A stretch of DNA of 64,000 bases, from positions 21,828,848 through 21,892,847 of the forward strand of contig CM120643.1 of NCBI GenBank assembly GCA_051362555.1, in the 5' to 3' direction. Source of the stretch: Lingula anatina. Lineage: Eukaryota; Animalia; Brachiopoda. The position numbers and the translations under genes were made by a program. Shown piece by piece: positions 56,753 to 64,000 of this stretch. The notes under the pieces are model-generated. The model was not told the origin of the DNA. It ran no database searches and was given only the letters and a program-made list of their open reading frames with translations. Every line of letters begins with the position of its first letter. Within the stretch, counting starts at the first letter, position 1.

Positions 56753-59700
56753 TCAAATGCTCCTGACATCTGTTATGGAGGAGAGGAAATCATCCATAGT
56801 GCTGACATCTATTGTGGAAATTTGGATAACATAAAACATACATACATACGGACACCAAATGCTTGCCTCTGCATTGATTTTAGATGATCTAGTCATGGAA
56901 AGTTATCCTAAAAACTTACAAAAATTTGAATCAGTATGTTTTGTTGGTTAATTGCAGGATTCCATTTGAAGTTCATATTTTTGAGAAAAAAATGCTGAAG
57001 AATTTGAGAAGAATTCACATATTGCATCCCCCATCCCAATTTTTCTAAATTCTCAGAATACTTTGAAATTTTGAAACACAATTGTATCAAAGAACAATTG
57101 GTTCAATCAAATTTTAATGGAAATTTCCCTGCCACATGACCCTCATTTCAAGGCACAGATATGATGCACATGCTTTAAAAGAAATTAATATAATAACATT
57201 TGCTCATTATTTGAGGTTTTTTAATAGAATACTAATTGTAAAACCAGACATGGGATAACAAAAATTTAAAAAAAAAAAAAAAATACAGTTTTTCTTATAC
57301 CTCATTACCTCACTTCAAAAGACCTTTTCTACATGAAAGGAATGAATTAGTTTTGAATTGAAGAAGTTTATCTAAATTATAATTCATGAAGACTTATGCT
57401 ATTTAAAGGTTTGAATTGACTCACATACTTGCTTTCAAGTATTTAAAGCTTGTACAGTTAACATGTTAGTATTGGGTTATATTTTAAGTATTAATGTTAT
57501 GACAATTAGACAGTTACAGGTATTTGAACCAGTTAGGTATGGCAGCTTTTGATAGAACGAGGAATCATTTACATGCGAGTAATATAATTTAGACAGTACT
57601 AAGAAGACACTGTTTAGACTATAATTTTGTTACAAATATTTTATTTTTGTTTAGGTATTTTGATTGTCACTTTTTTATACTTACTAATATGATCGCAGTT
57701 TGGTTAACAAGGTGATAGTTTTAAAACTATTTTCACATTAATTTATTAATGGAATGCAGTTCAAACATATTATATGTTAAAAGCCAGAAGGTACCTGCTT
57801 TATTTTAGCATACTAGAAAAGATTCAATCACTAAAATGGGGGAGTTAATAAAAAGAAAAATAAAATTAAGAAAAAAAGAGGGGATCACAGCATGTTATGT
57901 TAGTTGCTGCTAAGATGTTTTCAGATTACTTTCATGTTGCTTCTTAGATTTATAATGGATGGTGTATTAAAGGATTACGGTTCACAGTATAGAAGGCAGA
58001 GGACATATTTTAGAGAATAATGCACTGAATATTGGTGTATATTAAGTAATAATATGACTGTTTTGTTTACTATGACATTCTTACATTCCAAAGGTTGTAC
58101 ATATTGATAAGTTTTTTTTTATGAAATGCATTATCATCTTCGTTATATCTGGCAATGTTTCTTGTAAGGCAAGGAGAATGGCAAACATAGAGGAGAGAGT
58201 AGGAATAGAAGATTTCGTGATAATTGTGTAAATATTTTCACCCTTACCCTTTGTTTAATGTGTATGTAGGCACATGCAAGCATAATCGAACAAAAAAAAA
58301 AAAAATGACATCACACCCATGTCACAGTGACATCACATGCAGAAATCACTGACTTTCATCTAACTTTTAAATCACTCAAGGAATGTAGAATTACACTATT
58401 ATTTTAGTGAGGAGAACAGTGTGAATACATGTACATATTATGGGCAGTGATATAGCAGCTGTGAAAATGGTCAAGAGGTTTCTCAGAGGCCCTTACCTGT
58501 GAGATCCAAGTCTTAATAGCGAGCTATGGGAGAAGAACTGTAGTTTGCATTTTAGGATTGTATCGCCTGATAACGTTAAAATTGCACTCCCAAGAGCATT
58601 ATCAAATAATCATCATGGCGCCAGCCTTTGTTTCAATCACATTTATCATGCATTAATTTTTATGTTTTTATTATGGGACAGTGTTAGCCATAATATAGGC
58701 ATGGGATGGAACGATGGGGAAAAAGTCCATCCTGTTGCATACGTACGTTGCTTCCACATCTAGTTGCTGTGCTTGATGTGATAAATAGTGACTAATCAAC
58801 CTGTGATGGATCGGTCTTTTTATATAATTAATTTATATAATTAATAGGTTATTATTTTGCGTTTGATGCTCAATCATCACTGTGAAGGACACAGAATGCA
58901 TTGTCATGGAATTGTTTGTTTTTTTTACCTCTCTTTTCTTGATTTTTGCAGGATAAACAGTATAATACTGGTTAATATCAATTTTAATTGCAAGTTTTGT
59001 GCTTATCTGACAGCTTGTGTCTTAATTTATATGTATCTGCCTGCATCTTCCAGCTTTGAACTTTGTTGTGCTTTCACGTATTTATAAGGCAGCAATAGAT
59101 GATCATAGTTAACATTGTTTTTTTAAAATTATGTTTCATAATGTTATATTGTGTTTACTTCAAATGGTGGCACTTTTCAGGTTCACCATTTACAGCTGAA
59201 CCTTTCTATTTTGTTCTTCTTTGAGTCACACTATTATTGTGCATGTCTTTTTACTTTGTATGTGATTTTTTTTCCCTTTAGTTGTTAGTCCAAGAATTAA
59301 TGAAGCACCATTTTATATATACAATACTCCCATTATGAGCTTAAATAACTTTGGTTTTCAGCTATACATCCTTCATATAAACAAGTTACAACAATACACT
59401 TGATCCTCAATTGTTTTTTTTTAATAAGTTTAAGACATCCCCTCACACTCATACAGTTGTCCCCTTTTGAAATCTTGCCTTTCCACAACTTGTAAATAAA
59501 TTTTAAGGGATCACGTATTAGAATCTAGAAAATAATTTTTAATTACTATTCACTACTGAGACTTTCATAAAAGAACTGTCGAGGCCAAAACAGCTTCACA
59601 TTTCTGATTACCTCAAACTTCAATACTTGACATATATAGCTTGGCATGGATTCTACTTGTCACTGTCTCATAGGGTTTTCCTGAACACTTCAGTATATAT

Positions 59701-59799
59701 ATTTTTATAAAGGTTCTTAAAGGAGTTGAGATTCACAGACTGGAACCTCAGATAAAAAATTAAATATTGTATTAGTGTTAGAAACATAGTGAGGACTCG

Positions 59800-59990
59800 G
59801 GGACCAGTGTCATAAAATGCTGCAATAACGTCCCCAAGACTTTCATAGATTACTCAAAGCCAACCTTCTGTTGTTAACACATCTCTGCCTTCTGCCACAG
59901 ATGTCAACAGCAGAGACAGGCTGGTACAGCTATTTCTAGTAATCTTTGAAAGACTTGGCGCAATAACATGATGCTATTCAAGAACTGAAC
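59800..59990. mobile_element. Degenerate palindromic MITE
   Basis: CCAAGACTTTCATAGATTACT / AGTAATCTTTGAAAGACTTGG inverted arms. Confidence 0.5.
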
Positions 59991-61256
59991 ATGAAATAGT
60001 TTAATTTATATGGTACATTTCCATATAAAAGTTAACATTTAGATGGTGTTAAAACTTGGTGCTTTTTGGATTGAGAGGCGTGCCATTAGCACAGATTTGA
60101 TGTTTTGTGTGTATTACATTAGCAGCAAAAGCTGCACATGCTGGTATAATTGATTTTTTCAAAATTTAATGTGTATCAACGAGTGTATATGAGATATTTC
60201 ATTACCCCACCATAGAAAGGCACTGGTATATTATTATATGCATGTGAACGACATTTTCTAGTAAACGTCCTCAACAGCAGGGAAGTTTAAATGTCCTGAA
60301 TTAGTAAGTTGGTGATCACCATTGGAAAAGTGACCAAAAACAATCAGTTTACAGATCTTTATTTTTTCAGTGGTTTTGGATTGAGTATACTTCGGTGTTT
60401 AAAGGAAATAGCCGAAATTTCCAAGAAATTTTTGTCTTAAAGTTTCTGAAGCATGTTCTAGAAGAACACAAGCACCATTTTCTACAATGCCTAAGAGGAA
60501 GTTTACCTCAATTCTGTGAACCAACTTAATGAGATGTATAAAATTATATAGCTCATTAACCAAGTCACAGACCTAAGCTAGTAATCCAGGACATTTGAAT
60601 TAGTGCACCCTGAAGCACATCCCTTAGTTTTAACATCACCAAGTCTGTGTTTATATAGTTTCGATCTTTAAGATGTAAGATTAGTTCCATGTATTTAAGG
60701 TTAGGGACCAGGTATAGTGTGATCAAACCTAAATTTGAACTTACTGTAACCTACAGGAGCTTAAATGTACACGGTTTTCTAACAATAAATGTGGGAATAT
60801 GGAATAAAGTTGTGGTTTCATTTATTTTATTACTCATGATTTATTAACATGAAAACTGCTCTTAAATATTCTGTTCCAATAATTTGTGCTGAAATGAGAT
60901 CTAGATGGAATTTTGTTGTTAATCGCTGATGCAATTATGGAAAATATCAGCAAAATGTGAAATTATTTCACTGTAAAATAATTAAAAGTAATACTATGTA
61001 CGCATTCATGGCACAAAATTTGTGCAGGTAATTACCAATGATGACATCAATGATGTGCTTGTCAACAATATCTTTCCTTTATCTCAGTCTATATTCTATA
61101 ATGTTCTAGACATCTTGTAAATAACTTAAATATATATAAATTGCTTTCCTTTAAAAGAAATAATGGTACTTATGCATTAACATGTAAACAATACATCTTT
61201 GGGGTAGTTCTTGGAACTTATGGAAAATCTTGAAAATTGAAAAATAATGTGAGGCA

Positions 61257-61898
61257 TCAATTGTCAACAATCACTGAGGATCTTGATTTTCTTCCTACCA
61301 ATGGGAAACTGGATTTAGCTGAAAGAAAAAAAATGTGAACTATAGTCACTCTACTCTGAGACAAAAACTCAAAAAGAAGGCAATTATTGTTCTCAGATAA
61401 AAATGATGGCACTTTCTTGATGTCTACAAATTATATAACAGTCTTAATATTATAATAATACCTGTGTAAAACCACCAGATGACAGTCTTAATATTATAAT
61501 AATACCTGTGTAAAACCACCAGATGACAGCCAAGTGGAATCTTAGCCTCAAATTTTAGCTGCTTAAAAAAAAAACACTCTTTAACTCCTTAACAAAACCA
61601 TGGATCTGCCAGGGTGTCAAAACACCTGACAAGCCTTACCTGGAGGCTGGGTCATCCTGGATGTCAACCAAACAAATCCGTCTGTCAAAGACACTCTGTT
61701 TGAAGCAGTTACTTCATACAGTTTCACTTAAAAAATATTAAATCATATGGATTAGTTAAACAGAGCTGGCAGTCTGTTGCAAACATGGATGCTAATCAAC
61801 AAATTATAAAACGAAAGTGTTAACCTAACATAGTAATTTAAAAACTACAAGTTTCAGCAATCCAAAGTTGACTGCCCGTAGCATAATGTAAATTAAGG

Positions 61899-61931
<33 letters not shown>

Positions 61932-63901
61932 TATCAATCACAGATCCTAAAACAGAGCATAATTTAATTTTAATTATTTATTTGTATTATCCTTTAGCAT
62001 TCTCCTTGACAACTGTGTATATTATTATTATTATTAAATAATCTAGCAGGCCATGAATTGGGTAAATATAAAGCAGTTATAAGAACAAACATATTTTATA
62101 ATTCACACAGTGCTTGTTTGCAGTAAATGCCTGACTATTATCATGATAATGGATCTTTTCTATCCTGATTCCTTCTTATCTCCTTCTTCTAATATCTAAT
62201 TGGAATTATCATTTCCAATTGCCAGCACTTGAAAAGTTTGGTCTCTTCTTTCTATTTATATCAGTTTAGAACACGTCCCTCTTGGCAAGTCACAATACAT
62301 CCCTCTACTAAAACCTACCCTTTTCCTTCTGTGCCCACTTTTGGGCAGTTTGTTGGTCCACTTGGCGCAGTCCACTGTCCACATCAATCTTGTTGCCCAG
62401 GGCTATTACTGTCACCTACGTAAAATACAGATAATATCTTGTCCAATAGGTTAAAATGTAGAAAATTCATCCAATAATATTTACCATTGATTATATAATC
62501 ATTTTTATGCCAAAACCACGCTAAAAAGATGATTGAACATCATACTATTGTAAAAAGTAATCTAAAAATCATCAGTTTAAAACATATCACTTTCAAATCA
62601 CTGTTAATAGTAATTATATCTATTTTAGTAATTTAAACAATATTATTATTTCTATAATTTAAATCACTTCTGAGTCTACTATCACAAAAAAGTTACACAA
62701 AGCATGTTATGGAAAAGCTGCAACGGTAAGCAACCTAAAGCCTACACAATTATGCCAATTTCTTATTTAAAAAAATGCCAGCAGAATTTTAACAAACCTC
62801 TTTCTTCTCTTTGTGCTTATCAATGTCTTTCTTCAGTTTGTTGATGCAGTTAAAGGAATCAAAGCTGTTGACATCATACACAAGGACAAAACCCTATAAG
62901 AAAATAACACGGTTGAATAAAATGGAAGTCAAAAGGGAAAATTTGTTTTCCCTGCTGCATCATCACTAAATGGTCATGTGACGTCACGGCAGTGACAGGT
63001 GATGCTTTCAAAAGCTGAACATTTTTAACTTTTACTTATAATAAATGATTTACAAAATTTTACAGATTTTAATTTTAAAAAAGAAAATGCAATTGGAGCA
63101 TGAACACCCTTTTGCTCAGTCCAGTTTAATGAACCTCACAAAATGATGTATAAATACTTTTTTCTGTATTTTAACATTTATCACAGACACATTTTCACTG
63201 TACTTTATATTTATTAGATGCCAACTGCACTTGCTAGTCCACCATGATCATTGAATTTATGCTAAGCCCCAGCAAGTAATTGGGATATCACCGATAATTT
63301 CCAAACTTTCAACTTACGTCTGCATTTGTGATATAATGTCTTGGCATATCAACCTGAGAGGAGTCCTGCAACAACATTAAACTAACAGCATATTAAGGGA
63401 CTATACAGCAGTATCTCCCAACTCTATAACATACTTTTTCTCCTGTAAATCTTACTGCCAGAGTGATTTGATTCTACAAATTCTATTTGAGTTTTAACAT
63501 GAGGTGCCTGTACAAATAAATGTAAGATGTAACAGCTCCTTCCCTTCAAACATACTAAGATAAGAATTAAAATTGAAACATTTCATGGAGATATGATATT
63601 GCTGAAAAAAATTGTGAAATGGTCGTCAATTCAAATTTAGGAACAAAAATTTAGGATATATAATTATCCATAAATTAAATGATAAACTATAATTGTTAAC
63701 AGAAGTTTTTATTTTACGAATACAAGTCACAGGTGAGGGCTAATTAATATATAATTTTATATGCCAGAAGCATCCCCGAAGTAGAACATCTATAAAAATC
63801 CCTACCAGGCCTGGAGTATCATAGAGCCTCACTTTCTCCTTCACTCCTCTATCTGTGTCTACATAGGCAACATATATATCCTCTATGGTCTTAAATGTTG
63901 G
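61257..63901 (-). CDS. NKIRAS1: NF-kappaB inhibitor-interacting Ras-like protein (kappaB-Ras), 5' end outside window; exons 63901-63806, 63365-63318, 62893-62798, 62415-62319, 61726-61640, 61318-61257
   Basis: [32 protein letters not shown]|[16 protein letters not shown]|[32 protein letters not shown]|[11 protein letters not shown]...KWAQKEK|VKLYEVTAS...MTQPP|[20 protein letters not shown]. Leu at the Ras Q61 position and no CaaX, as in kappaB-Ras. Probably co-ortholog of NKIRAS1/2. Confidence 0.93.
61438..61529. repeat. ~44-bp tandem duplication in the last NKIRAS intron
   Basis: ACAGTCTTAATATTATAATAATACCTGTGTAAAACCACCAGATG present twice. Confidence 0.9.
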
Positions 63902-64000
63902 CTGAAAAAAAAATCCACATCAATTTTATATAAATGCAATAAATGTACGTTGATCATATACAATTTTCATCGATAACACATGTGGATAATAAAAAATCCA

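Noticed and set aside
1-64000. tRNA, rRNA, snoRNA or prokaryotic/viral genes
   Set aside because: None recognisable by eye; a tRNAscan-SE or Infernal run would be needed to exclude small ncRNAs.

Overview
AT-rich, intron-containing animal DNA, most likely a marine invertebrate (taxon not determinable from sequence). Most ORF-track calls are spurious; the real genes had to be rebuilt by hand from splice sites. (1) Bases 1-26.7 kb hold three tandem paralogs (A partial, B, C) of an uncharacterised 7-coding-exon gene of ~320 aa. The architecture is an N-terminal MGC acylation signal (copy C only), a TRADD-N-like domain, a Trp-rich module followed by CxxC, and a disordered tail that carries a DSGIDT beta-TrCP-like degron in copy A. 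The paralogs differ mainly in these regulatory tags. (2) TRIQK (+), absent from the ORF track, has a GC-AG intron. (3) C18orf21/RMP24 (-) carries in intron 2 an intact, full-length L1/Tx1-clade LINE with a perfect 16-bp TSD. (4) FA2H (+) is head-to-head with C18orf21. (5) The 3' part of NKIRAS/kappaB-Ras (-) ends the window. There are many non-autonomous DNA elements: Harbinger- and hAT-like MITEs, foldback elements, and Helentron/HINE-like elements with 146-bp satellite arrays. All domain and family names come from recall of sequence motifs, not database searches.
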